Shown here: piece after piece, positions 37,901 through 48,700 of the stretch
Layout: the number at the start of each line of letters is the position of its first letter
Position numbering within the stretch: position 1 is the first letter of the stretch
IMG/VR virus record: IMGVR_UViG_3300029319_006492
Direction: 5' to 3' (one strand)
DNA: 64,000 nucleotides
From: an uncultured virus (IMG/VR IMGVR_UViG_3300029319_006492)
Lineage: Duplodnaviria > Heunggongvirae > Uroviricota > Caudoviricetes
Notes under the pieces: generated by a model
The model's input: only the letters and a program-made list of their open reading frames with translations
What the model was told of the DNA's origin: nothing
The model's database searches: none
Program-made: the position numbers and the translations under genes

Positions 37901-40137
37901 TAATAAAGCGGATACCCATAAGGTGGATTGCATGGGCTTGCTGGATAACCATCTTTACCCATTTTGCCTTCAAACTGATCTGATTCCTCATCGTTCTTGT
38001 CAGAGTTCCATACAGATCTTGGGACAGCAACGCCAAAGTTTCTGTTCTGTAGAGAATTGAGTTGTTCCTTGACTGGGCTATTGTCATCAAACTGATCGTT
38101 TAGGCCAGCAATCTCTTCGGTCATGTTCATTGTCAACTGAGCGTAGAAGGCCATACTGTCCGTAAGCTCTTGGATATAAAGCTCGTTGTATGTCTGCAAG
38201 AATTTTGACCAAGATTTGTAACCTACAGACGCCGCCCTAAGTTCCATTTCAGTAGTGACATAATAAGCTCCTACACCGTGAGCGTCTAACTCTTTAGCGT
38301 CAAGCAATATCTGCTGATAAGATCCAAAGCCTCTCGGTATAGTTACTGCCTTATCGCCAATAAAACCATAGAAAGGTAATATCTGTTGATTTTGATTGGT
38401 TTCTAGCGTCCACTTGTCATGGTTAAGCTGCTCTAGGCGAGCCTTACCCTTTTCGTCACCTTCATCGGTAAGTCTCTGCAAGTAATTATCTCTGTCTCTT
38501 AGGCCGTTAAAGTAGTACATATCCACTTCTTGAGCGCCAACAATAAACTTGTCAGTGACAACATTAGAGACTTCAAATCCAACATCTCTATTTTCTACAA
38601 AAATTCCGTTGTCCTCTAAGTCTGTTAGGTAAGACTTGACAGATCCATATGACGGTTGCTCTTTTTTGTCTATACTGTCTATTCTGATGATCCCACAAGT
38701 AAGACCACTACCTAGTATGAGCGATCTTTCCGGAGAGTCTTCTGGAAGAGCCGCCGCCTTTTCTATAACCTCTTGATTTTTATCAAATAAATGTTTACAT
38801 TTTGGATGGTCAATGACGGGCAGTAATGAAACAAAAAGATCTCTACTCAAAACGTCGCATAGTTCTTGAGCAAGCTCCATCATTGAAAGCTTGTCATAGT
38901 CTAAATAGTATGTCTTGGGTATTTCTTCTGTGGGGATGCCACCCCAATCAACAACATAGTTATAACCACGAAAATCAATAGTGCCGCCAAAACCTGCGTC
39001 AGTATATTCTTTTGGAAAATCACAATCGTAAGCAAACATAGCCTTCATAGCCTGTTCTACTCTGTACCAAGGTATTCCATTCTCACCTCTTCTGGAGAAA
39101 CCTTGACCTGTGACTGGGAACACTCCGCTAATCTCAGCGTCTGAGGGATCATTTTCTGGTCCCGCTGGGCCATAAGATGTAATTTTTTGTGGAGTATCGA
39201 AGAAGTACGCATCGGTTCCCGTGTAACTAACCTTCCCTTCACCGCTTACATTTTTTGTTAGAAGTTCCGTTCTGTCTGCACCCGCTTGAAGTTGTTGCAA
39301 CAAACTATCACTAGGGTCGTACTCTAAAAATCCATATATGTTAAATAAATTTTTATTGTTAAAGGTGGTGCCTTGGTAATTGTTTAATACTAATTGTGTG
39401 TTTGTTAGTATCTCTCTTGGATCAGTTAGTTTGACGCTATATAAAGGATTGCCAGCGCTACTTCTATTTTCTGTGTAGCTCTGCAATATGCCGCCAAAGG
39501 TAAAGTGCGCAAACCCACGCCATTTAGTTGTTGGATCTAAAAGAACACTCTTGTCTATCCAATCGGCAGTTTTAGCTGCAAGATCCTTTTTCATCATATA
39601 GTATCCTTCCGGATGCTCTTTGATTGGGAGCGGAAGAGTGACTATAGGGAATGGATCATCAGGTATTCCGAGTGTGTCTATTGGCTCATCTTTGGTGCTG
39701 TAGATTTGATCAAAATCTTTTCTAAATGCTTGTTCTACAGTTGCAAAATTTTTACCGAACTTAAAAAATACAGGAGCGCCAACAACAGGAGGGTTGAATT
39801 TATCATGTTTACCATTGTGATAGGGGTCATCGCCGCGCCCCTCACCTAAGCCGTCAGAAACATTGAACTCGTCATTGATCAGCTCAATACCCATCGTTGA
39901 GCTAGAATCACCAAAGCCAGCGTTTACATTAAAGGAACGAAGAGATGCTCCTAAAAAAGTTTGTTGCGGGTAGCCCTCGTTTGTTAATCCACCGGGACTT
40001 CCGTCTATATTACCAGAAGTCCAACCGGCAACAGATAAGGCACCCCTAACACCTTGAGGGATAACACCGCTACTTGGCCAGTCGTCTTGAAAGAAACCAC
40101 TAGGTGGTATTATTGAATAGTTGTGTTTATTAGCCAT
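34909..40137 (-). CDS. Large putative tail-tip/hub protein, 1742 aa, with central coiled coil
   Basis: QQTFLGASLRSF..NAGFG..SS and FGGILQSY...YSVKLTDP hub-like strands, a heptad-rich middle, and C-terminal VTSITVDV...TSVQL. Confidence 0.55.
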   Translation of the reverse strand: MANKHNYSIIPPSGFFQDDWPSSGVIPQGVRGALSVAGWTSGNIDGSPGGLTNEGYPQQTFLGASLRSFNVNAGFGDSSSTMGIELINDEFNVSDGLGEGRGDDPYHNGKHDKFNPPVVGAPVFFKFGKNFATVEQAFRKDFDQIYSTKDEPIDTLGIPDDPFPIVTLPLPIKEHPEGYYMMKKDLAAKTADWIDKSVLLDPTTKWRGFAHFTFGGILQSYTENRSSAGNPLYSVKLTDPREILTNTQLVLNNYQGTTFNNKNLFNIYGFLEYDPSDSLLQQLQAGADRTELLTKNVSGEGKVSYTGTDAYFFDTPQKITSYGPAGPENDPSDAEISGVFPVTGQGFSRRGENGIPWYRVEQAMKAMFAYDCDFPKEYTDAGFGGTIDFRGYNYVVDWGGIPTEEIPKTYYLDYDKLSMMELAQELCDVLSRDLFVSLLPVIDHPKCKHLFDKNQEVIEKAAALPEDSPERSLILGSGLTCGIIRIDSIDKKEQPSYGSVKSYLTDLEDNGIFVENRDVGFEVSNVVTDKFIVGAQEVDMYYFNGLRDRDNYLQRLTDEGDEKGKARLEQLNHDKWTLETNQNQQILPFYGFIGDKAVTIPRGFGSYQQILLDAKELDAHGVGAYYVTTEMELRAASVGYKSWSKFLQTYNELYIQELTDSMAFYAQLTMNMTEEIAGLNDQFDDNSPVKEQLNSLQNRNFGVAVPRSVWNSDKNDEESDQFEGKMGKDGYPASPCNPPYGYPLYYKRAEKIGIPECGIAQVLQAQTTVLSNIERLEDMRQVDKQRFSYQKSVADNSIIRLRALIKEKEKQKDLVADAAPEKLQAFDKDIDILNSRIEKIQSNLEQERKDLKRFADAKKGQIHELKESIRNQKGVIKNLNKTSREHLQNARKVHSFLKKIADDNLGKKFLVKVPRGCNVNWAPSITQKDGRAWDVIKGPFGFKPQPISTNPAFEFEDDTGWKDNLKELKKIARAAERGGPTANNLDGSMWPQKSNTHWHYLDVDAMGQEAAKSNSKIITHYGSGYTYGALKSNYNPMTEKWEHNYEPAPQGGFFNYALYDKNLKKNETKLKGVSDTKLPKATRQVLAPKLLDKIISDSNRVQCYVRYDHSQHLDMSKAGTQNVEQQLIGKEGTVIPDVMETAANLHPEKKLVLDQIEARIKDDEDLERQGPSVAFVKCTLDERFYMSPKTVRGDATVWAEDFTVSLAPSPYEVVYVEAEKLSDEELAEYGDQDFTGCKLPREVKRRPVPVFGVKDGGLLTKDGDSEIEEQDGDGNPIPENPDIPESGNKKRPVNPADAHKEPWDDFEREYSETHKSWIIKTEEQDLDPKHVYALITVPGRIIPTQDKRYVDGPLRAQNGHKISNILTEDVVKIDEFEKPGLKNEPDVPVNCNELPSGVEFSFADISKAVQAQKDVVKGISLSNNGDSSILAYTSPSPVYPDLVALPLISLERCYGPWISSALDKKMIDGTDIRFGDIGGKIEFEKDESIAPWSYAGYQLMDEAAKLKTKFANSLLLLTERGSFSYPSAPIDVSLAKALRDKGPLVTSITVDVSESNIKTSVQLDLYTSRFGKLQKQKEIAISQISRERQKIIDQNNALKRRGIGKGGANMDMMGDVMARGGQALIDAAKGSNDIFTAFERGDVDKASMITISANNQTQTHTKGDNEEIIVSENHESVAQNESMIQEAASIFRDELEFKDAMDKTAGSNMADIFHGFSDDPFNKYFASRRPDIITKQNRRTFQ

Positions 40138-40150
40138 TTAATTATCCTTC

Positions 40151-40873
40151 TTAATCATCGCCGTAGCTCGGATCAGAATCGGAGTTTTCTTCATCTTCCA
40201 CCTCACTTCCGTATCTGTCCCAAACGTTCTTAGTTGGTATAAGGTCTGCGACAAACGGTATCTTTACTGGGTCCGGAGGTTCTGTAACAATCGCTCCCCC
40301 TTCGGACGACCCGCCCTCAATCTCTTCGGCAGGAAAAGCTAAATAATGTACATAGTCATTAAATATAGTAAAGTCATCTATCCCCGCAGCGCCCGTTGCG
40401 TCCTTACTTTTCTTTGCGTTGGAGAACTTGCTTAAGAACTCCTTAAAATTAAATATTCCTGACCCCGAAGAGGCTTGGAAGCCCGCCATTCCGGGGTGGC
40501 TGTTTCCACCGCTAAATGGAGGTTGTGTTATAAAAATTCCGGATTGACCGTGCAAAGGTCCGCCAATCCCTGCGTTTCCAAATTTATAACTTTCGGGAGA
40601 TGTGTATCTCTTATTTAGTCCAGCTTGCGCGTCCGGAAATCCGTCTAAGGGTTTTCCTAAAATTTCGTTAGGGTTTGTTAATCCTGCATTTGCGTTGTAG
40701 TCTCTGTGTTGACGATAATCTTTAAAATTACCATCAAGTAAACCGCCACCTGCATTTAACAGCTCTTGCGTTTTTTCCCAAGTATCATAGCCCTCTGGCC
40801 AATACCCTATCGACTCATAAAGACCGCTCAGGGCAGGTAGGATGGAACTAGGCTCGATTAAAGGGTTGGACAT
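40151..40873 (-). CDS. Hypothetical protein in tail module
   Basis: Co-oriented ORF filling the gap. Gly-rich with an acidic C-terminus. Confidence 0.55.
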   Translation of the reverse strand: MSNPLIEPSSILPALSGLYESIGYWPEGYDTWEKTQELLNAGGGLLDGNFKDYRQHRDYNANAGLTNPNEILGKPLDGFPDAQAGLNKRYTSPESYKFGNAGIGGPLHGQSGIFITQPPFSGGNSHPGMAGFQASSGSGIFNFKEFLSKFSNAKKSKDATGAAGIDDFTIFNDYVHYLAFPAEEIEGGSSEGGAIVTEPPDPVKIPFVADLIPTKNVWDRYGSEVEDEENSDSDPSYGDD

Positions 40874-40882
40874 TTCAAATAC

Positions 40883-42781
40883 CTACTTGTCTAATTCATA
40901 GGTAAACGAGATGTTAAACGAGTAACTACCAGCTTTAGGCTCCCAAGTTTCTGATGGCGCATTTATAAAATACTTTCTAACTCCCGGCTCATTTGCGGGA
41001 CTTAGAGATTCTAATAAGTTAGCCAGTTCTGTGGCGGTAGGCTCATTTACACTTGGCTTCATCAGTAAAAGCTCTGGCCTTCCAGAGTCATAAGGAATCT
41101 TTGTATGATCCATAAGTATATTTACCGATACATCTCTCCTATACTCACTTCTTCCGCCTATGTATTGAAGCACGGGACCGGTAGGTCTACCTATAACCGG
41201 AACCACAGAGAATACATCGCCGGGATAAGTGTCATTGACTGTAATCTGTTCAGAAAGGACGTTTGATATTATATTAGTCGGGCGATTATCAAATTCCAAT
41301 GAATAAGTTATTTCGCCAGCATTTTTATTTGACCCTAAAGATACAGATAAAGGCTCTGAATTTAACTGTGCTTGAGTTTGATTATTAGCGCGTTTGTATA
41401 TCAAGCTGCCCACACCAAAAAACTGGTTATTTGAAATATTATTGTAGTATTGGAGTGCTGATTCATATTTAGTATACAGGATAGTATCTGGCTGCTGAAT
41501 GTTATCGGCAAAATTTCTATGCACTGTGTTCTTACCACCATATATGGCGTTGTTGGCTGGTAATTTTGACAACCCTTTGATATTACCGTTTATGCTAACC
41601 TTTGTGAATGGATCGCCCACAGAATTGGATATACTCATCGTATATGTTTCGTAAGCCGCTTGCCTAGAAAGTAGCCAAGTTTCAGTTACGCTGTAACTAC
41701 CCGCTGTTTCATCTATATTTTCCGTTCTGACATGATTATATCCGCCATAGTTATCCAAGAGGTCTATTGTTCCAGCACCTATCTTCCCGAAAAAGTTAGG
41801 TAGTGGGTGATTCAAGGGCGACGTACTAGCACTGTAAACGCCGGTTTGATTAGGATAACCTTGATAAGCCGCTGAATGGTCTACAGTCCCATCGCTCTGG
41901 ACGACATCGTTTGGGTTTTCTGGGTAATATGCGAGTCTTGCTTGAACAAATTTTTTAGCGGAATTCCAAGCTGTTAATCTGGTCACGGTATTACCGGCTC
42001 GATCCGGAGCATAATGATCTTTACCAGTAGCGGATATGTTGTGAGTGATCCTATAAGTTCTCTCTATCGTATCGTCATTAAGGTTGTAAACCTCTCCTTG
42101 TGCTTCATCAACCTCTAGAGACCAATTTTCTGAAAAATCTTCGATAAAGGCGTTGCCATATTCGTCAATAAAGTTTTGATCGTGCAGAAACAGCCTTGTG
42201 TTCCCAAGCGGGTCTGACTGATCACGCATACCGTCGCCATCAGCATAACCACCTTGAGCAGTGCTGTATAATAAATCAGCAGACAAAGTAATCGTATAGT
42301 CACACTTATCTGTATAAGTTCCCTCGCTAAAACTAATGCTTTCAATCCTTGGAAAGACGACAACACCTCCACTATCAAACCTTACGTCGGTTATCTCCAT
42401 TCTTTGTCCGTGGTTAGCAAAAAGCTCTCTCAACGCTCTCTGCTTGTTCAGTATCGCGTGTGCCAACTGGTCCTGTGGGACAGCCTGTCTTGCTGGCTTG
42501 TTGTTGCCAAAATGACTTCTAGAGTTATCAAATTGAGCATACGGACCGCACGAGCTAACGGTGGTTCCGTCGATAAAAGCATAACCAAGCCCTTGAGGAT
42601 CTAATGCGTAGGGAGTGCCTTGGTCCGGTAAAAGTGTACCAGTAAGGGTTATAGAGTAGGTCACGCCAAGAATATCCCCAGCGGCTGTTTTGTTCAGCTC
42701 TGAACTTATAGAGACAAGAGGTGTAGGACGAATCGTACACTCTTGCCCCGGTTCATTCTTATATCTTACTCTTATTGGCAT
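40883..42781 (-). CDS. Putative tail/baseplate (distal-tail-like) protein
   Basis: Repeated beta modules (YSITLTGTL, YTITL, HNISATG, GSYSVTETW, ITYSLEF, YSFNISFTY). Downstream of the tape measure gene. Confidence 0.55.
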   Translation of the reverse strand: MPIRVRYKNEPGQECTIRPTPLVSISSELNKTAAGDILGVTYSITLTGTLLPDQGTPYALDPQGLGYAFIDGTTVSSCGPYAQFDNSRSHFGNNKPARQAVPQDQLAHAILNKQRALRELFANHGQRMEITDVRFDSGGVVVFPRIESISFSEGTYTDKCDYTITLSADLLYSTAQGGYADGDGMRDQSDPLGNTRLFLHDQNFIDEYGNAFIEDFSENWSLEVDEAQGEVYNLNDDTIERTYRITHNISATGKDHYAPDRAGNTVTRLTAWNSAKKFVQARLAYYPENPNDVVQSDGTVDHSAAYQGYPNQTGVYSASTSPLNHPLPNFFGKIGAGTIDLLDNYGGYNHVRTENIDETAGSYSVTETWLLSRQAAYETYTMSISNSVGDPFTKVSINGNIKGLSKLPANNAIYGGKNTVHRNFADNIQQPDTILYTKYESALQYYNNISNNQFFGVGSLIYKRANNQTQAQLNSEPLSVSLGSNKNAGEITYSLEFDNRPTNIISNVLSEQITVNDTYPGDVFSVVPVIGRPTGPVLQYIGGRSEYRRDVSVNILMDHTKIPYDSGRPELLLMKPSVNEPTATELANLLESLSPANEPGVRKYFINAPSETWEPKAGSYSFNISFTYELDK

Positions 42782-45700
42782 TTATCTACCTCTAACATTT
42801 AAGTCTAAGTTATTCTTAGGTGGTCCTGAATTGATGTTTAGATTTAACGTTCCGCTATTTGCAGTTCCAGAAGCTGAAGCTACCAAATTCATTGTTCCGC
42901 TACCAAAGCCAGTAATACCCTGTATATTGAGTGTGAGTGGAGTTACTGGTCCTCCGCTTTCTGTGAACAGTGTATTATTCAATAATTGGTGTCCTACCCC
43001 ATTATTATACACATATACTGCTGATGGACCCGGAATAAATAAGCTCATACCGGATGGTCTGTGGCTCAGGGAGTCCATATCAAAGTTAAATTCTGTATTA
43101 AATTCTTCATTTCCAACTAAGGATGGCCAAGCGTTGTCTATGCTATTAGGTTGTCCAAATATGCTTAATTTTAAGAAATCAGCTACGCTAGTGCCGTCTA
43201 GCATATTTCCAACAACAGATTCCACATACGGCCTGTGCGCTATAAATCCTTTCTGCGATGGGTCATATCCAGATACTTCTAAGAATATATCTCCAAATTG
43301 ATTTACAACTAACTCACCGCTAACTACTATTCTTTGTGGTTGACCGGTTGTTGGTTGATACACTCTGGTTTTTATATTGTTGTTTTCGGGTTTGTCGCCA
43401 AACACCTCTACGTCAATCCAGCCTCCGGAGTTAGGAATTGACGGACTTTGTTCTCTAAGCATTGCGTCAAATGTGTATGATGCTCCAGCGGAGTCTAGTC
43501 CGTTGACCGGTGTGGCATCGCTTGCGCTTTGGGGGTGATTTCCGCTAGTAGCAAAATCGTGGAATGGCGCTCCCGCTACCAGTGTGTAGTCGCTATCCCC
43601 ACGCTCAGACCTATTCAGTCCGACCGACCATCCAAAGTGATCATTTTCACAGCCACTGACCAGCGCAGCTATAAACTTGTTGGCAGCAGTTCTGTCTTTA
43701 TGGCCTTGGGCGTATAGTTTTTCTGCGTATATCCAATTCTTAGATCTTGTAGTCCAGTCATAAATGTGATTTCTAAAGGTAAACACGGCTCCATTGTTAA
43801 GCACCATTGTTCCGCTATTGTTTGCAAAACCGTCTATCCTAACACCAGAAGACCCAAGATCGTGAACTACATGATGAGCAATTTCAAATGCTCTACCAAA
43901 TTCTTTTCTGATAAACTCACCGCTTACATACACACTGTGATCATGTAAAGACTCAAAGTTGTGATTAGGTGCGCCGACCGCTATCATGTCAGCATCAATA
44001 GCGACTGAGTAACCAAACTGATCTGGTCTTCCGCCGTGAGTCTCTATAAAGTTCGCATCTAAATTATGGTCGCCAAGAGAAGATAATACGCCTATTGAAG
44101 GTTCAATCATGCCAACATTTACACTGCTAGGCTTGATTTTTTGTTTCCACTCCCAAGGTAAAAATTCTGCTATTGCATTTGTTCCACTACCAGTTCTTTC
44201 AAAGTAAAATGCCGCTCCAGCTCCACCATTCTCACACAGTTCTATTCCGGAAAAATCTGGACCGTTTTGTATCTCGTGCCATTGAACTATGCCGCTAACG
44301 CCGCTGATGGCAGTGTCGGTAACAAAACCATTGAATGGAGTACCTACGATCAGTTTATCTTCCGTCAAATCAACAGAGAATCCAAACAAATCTCCGGGGC
44401 AACCCGATGTGAAGTATTCAAAGTCAAGATAGTCTTTACCATCTGTTATCTTCATCAAGTCAGGCATCCCACCAAATATTCTTGCGTCTGCTATCCAATT
44501 TCTTGGTTCTTCTTCTCCGGGTAGCAAATAGTTTGTGCCTATGTTTAAGAAGTCACCACTAAACCTTGGGAAGGCTCCAAACGCAGGAACGACAGTTTCG
44601 CCAAACTCCTTAATCTTATCTTTGATCTCTTGAGGTGTTCTTGGGTTTTTCTGCCTAACTACTAAAGCTGGATCATATGTGTCTTCATTATCAACAAACT
44701 TGCTCTTATCTGAGACTCCGCCATAGTAATATAGTGGCGACACCGTGTTTGTTATTCCGGATGCTGCGTAATACTTAGCTGCACTACCTCTTTCTGGAGC
44801 GCGTAATTTTTGAACAAACTGGAACTGCCTACCTTGTAAGTCAGTATCTATCAGATCTAAGCCGCCAAAGTCTAGTCCATCGCCACCCTGTCTAGTTGGA
44901 GAAGATGGGTACAGACTTCTTATAAATTGTTGATTTTCACCTAGTGCATCAGCTCTGTATTGAGGGCATTGACCCTGCAATAACGTAGAGTCACTTATAA
45001 CAACTATCCTAGATCTTGCGTTACCGTTAACGCCAGCAGAAAATGTTTCAAATTCTTCTGCCGCTATAACGGGACCATCTTCTATTTCCACATCATTTCT
45101 AGGTGGACAGCAATCCTCGTTCTCTGAAGGTGGTGGGCAAGGTGGTGCATATGGGTTGCAATACGGATCACTCTCATGCTTGATCGGTCTGAACTCTCCG
45201 GGTATTACAAATTCCTGCTCTGGATTATACCAGTCAGTGCATATCTCCGTGAAAGGAGGATCGCAAGGCACTCTTCTTCTTCTCTCCTTCTTGGTTACTA
45301 TCTTATCTATAGGTAAAGGGCATCCAGATACCGAAAGCACTCTTGGTGTAAATGGTGGTAAAGTTCTTTCATTTTTCTCTTCTACGGCAGGATCTATCTT
45401 TGAATGTTGTGCCTCTATTTGCAATTCAATATACTCATCTAAAGCAATGAAGTCTATTACTTCTTGATCAGGATCTCTAAGTATTGTATTGTTTAGAACA
45501 ACAAATCCGCCCATGTCACCAGCACCTAGTTCTTCATCGCCTTGGTTTGGATCAAACTTTGCTGGTGTGACTGTTCCCCATAGCTCATGATGGTCATTCT
45601 TGGTTTCTGAGACCCAGTTAATATACATCCTGTAACCAGAACCTTTGACAACTGGGAATATAATCTTGCCCTGTTCTTGTATGCTATAGTAACTTGGAAC

Positions 45701-48700
45701 TGTCGTTACAGTATCAAAGATCTCATCATTGTAAGATATTATTTTTCTAAAGTCGCCACCACCGGAAATTGGTACGTAATCTGTAAATGAATTATCTACT
45801 TGAGAACTAGACTCTATATTATATGCCCATAAAGCAAACTTGCCGACCTTTGTATCTACAGGCTCAATGCTGTGAGTTGGGTAGAATCCATAACCTTGGC
45901 GACACCCTGTTGTTGGTATAGTTTCAGGGTTCACTATTTGAACTGGGAAGCTATTGTCTCCATATGGATACTCAGATCTATTGCCAGCCTGAACGCTCTC
46001 TGTTTGCTGAACAAAATACTCACCAACACTTGGGATTAAGAATGGTTTACTCTTTAGATTTAGTTTAGAACATATGTAATCTACATTCTCTGCTATTAAC
46101 TGAGTTTTATCCGAGTCAATCGCTGAGTATGTGATTACAATCTTCTTATTACCTCTAGACAAGAAATTCATTATCTTGGTAATTTGTAAATCATCCGGTT
46201 TACCCAATGGGTTTGCAATCCACAGTGTAGTAATATTTGTTCCTGTTGCAGGATCGGTATCTGGGAAATCTTTTGTAATATCTGTTTCTACGAAGTTTTC
46301 TTCTACCTCTATGTTATACGCATTTAACCGATCAACTAAAACGTGTGTTTCTTGGGTTTCAGCATCGCTTGAATAAGCATCTTTGAATGACGTTCTGCCA
46401 GTCCAACCGCCAAGCTGTAGGACTTTACCTTTAACTTCGCAGTCTGTAGCAAGCATATTTACATAGAAGAGAACATTTTCATCTTCGTTGTTACTTGGAA
46501 GTGAATCATCGCCTGTGACGCCAAAGCTACGTGAGTTCTCACCAAGTAAGGAAGCCATTATAATTGCATGAGAATTAGTTGCTTCTGGATCTCCATTGTC
46601 ATTTAATTTGTAGTGGGTTTCTTCTAGAGCTAAAATGCTGTCTGGCATCAAGACTCTTCGTCTGTCCTTTGGTTCGCCATAATAAAGTTCACCGCTTCCT
46701 TGCAGGAATCCATCTCTTTCATTCTTAGGATCTGGATCAATAAAGCCTCCTTGCGTAAAGCTATTATACAGACCGGTTAATTCCGAGTTAGAGTCTTCTG
46801 ATATAGAGAATTGCACATGGTCATCTTGAACATCTCTAAACTCAAAACTCTCTGTAAAGGATGGAATAGTTATGAATTTGAAGCAAGGTATTCTTTCGCA
46901 GTCAGTACCGCTAGACGCAGGTATAACTCTGACCGTATCCGGAAGATGTTCGGCAGCAGTTAATAGTGGAACAATGTCTTGATTCGGCCTATTTATCATA
47001 GGCTTAGGACTTTCTGGATAATCGTCACAAGCTTGAGCGGGATTTGTGTTTGCAAAGTGGAATGGCCAGTTTGTCTTGTATTCTATTTTTAGAACTTTAT
47101 CGCCAACCGTTTTAATGCACTCAGACTGCCACTGCGCCCTAAGATCACCAAGGTGTTTTATGGGCAAATTGCAAACGTTTGGATTGAGTTTGTCACAAGG
47201 GGAGAACTGGATAAAGTTTTCTAGGTCATCTTTCTTGACGTTTATTCTAATGTCACCCACACCTTTAGCAAACATGTTAGGTGCAGAGATTAATGTAGAA
47301 TGTCCGTACTCCGGTCTGAACGCTTTTGTTACATTCCATTTGTCATTAAATACATCTCCGGCTGACACGCACTCTGGCAAAGATTCGTATTTGGTGTCTG
47401 CTGGCTGAATTATCATCCTAGAGCCAAGCTTGTCTAATAGTCTATTTACAATTATATTAGAGTCATTATATACACCATTTTCTTCATAAACTGGATCGTT
47501 GCCAACAATGACTAAAGTTCTGTCGCCAAGAGCAAGCCAGTCTTTTATATTTTGCACAATTTCATCACTGTCAGAGTCAAGCTCTGGAGTAATGATAAAT
47601 GCGAGACCAGCACTTCTAGGTATTTCAATCTCTTCAAAATCCATTCTTCTAAATGGCCTTTTGTCAGGCTCAAAGTATAAGCCCATTTGATCGTAAAAGC
47701 CATCATCGACCAAAGATGGATGTAGTGTTCTGTCTAGATTTCCAAACCTTGTAAATTCAACCACTCCGCTATGTGGGAATATCTTTTTAGATTCAAAGAT
47801 CCTAACTGCCCCAGCGTTAGTGTAGGAAGCCCATGTGTTCTCGCTCTTGTACCATACGTTGTGGTCTTCAAATATGGTGGTAGAATCTGTCGGCGCACCA
47901 AACGCAACTGTGTCTCCAGCGTCACTCACACTTGTGCTATAGCCAAGTCTACTAGTTCCGCAGAACTCATTGACTATAAATGACCAAGTACCAGTTGCTT
48001 TGACGTTACGAGCGCTATAATTAAAGATGGGTTTGTATAGCTCTATGCCGTATTTTGTTCTGAGGTCAAACTTCTGGTCGTGGCTCATTTCATGATAACT
48101 AACTCTCTGGGCAATGTTAGCACCAGAGACATCAAATATCATATTGTATTTCTCGACGCCAGAGCTTATAAAGTTCAAGTAGTTGAATACATTGTCATAC
48201 ACTCTGGTTGTTTCTGAATCGTCTCTTTCGTAAATTTCGCAAGGAGTATTAGTATATGGTGATCCTATAGAGATGATCTCTGAGTTTTTACTGATTGATA
48301 CGTCGTGTCCGTACCTATCGTTGTGCTGAATTCCGTAGCCAAATCTAATCTCGGCATCATCAAAGTCATCCCTAAAGTTAAACGAAGCTCTGTCTGAGAA
48401 GGATTTTATTTCTTGTACGCAGTTAAATACACCGCTTTCTTTCTCAAAGATGTAAACTCTACCGCCAGAAGAAGGTGGTATTTGGAATTCGTATGCACCC
48501 TCTTGCGCCCACTCTTGACCGACGCCGCTAGTGATATACCTAAGAGCGTCTTGTCTTATTAAATTACCTGAGTCGAGTGTTTCATTTAATACCTTGATTG
48601 AGGATTGATCCCAGCTTTCACCTTTTTCTAGTATTTTATTAAAGTAGCCAGATTCTTTATTGTAAGGGCCAGACACTTCTGGGTCAATCACACCACTAGC

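Noticed and set aside
47465..47476. Third late-promoter copy (GTGTATATAAT)
   Set aside because: Imperfect match deep inside the giant gene with no nearby downstream start.
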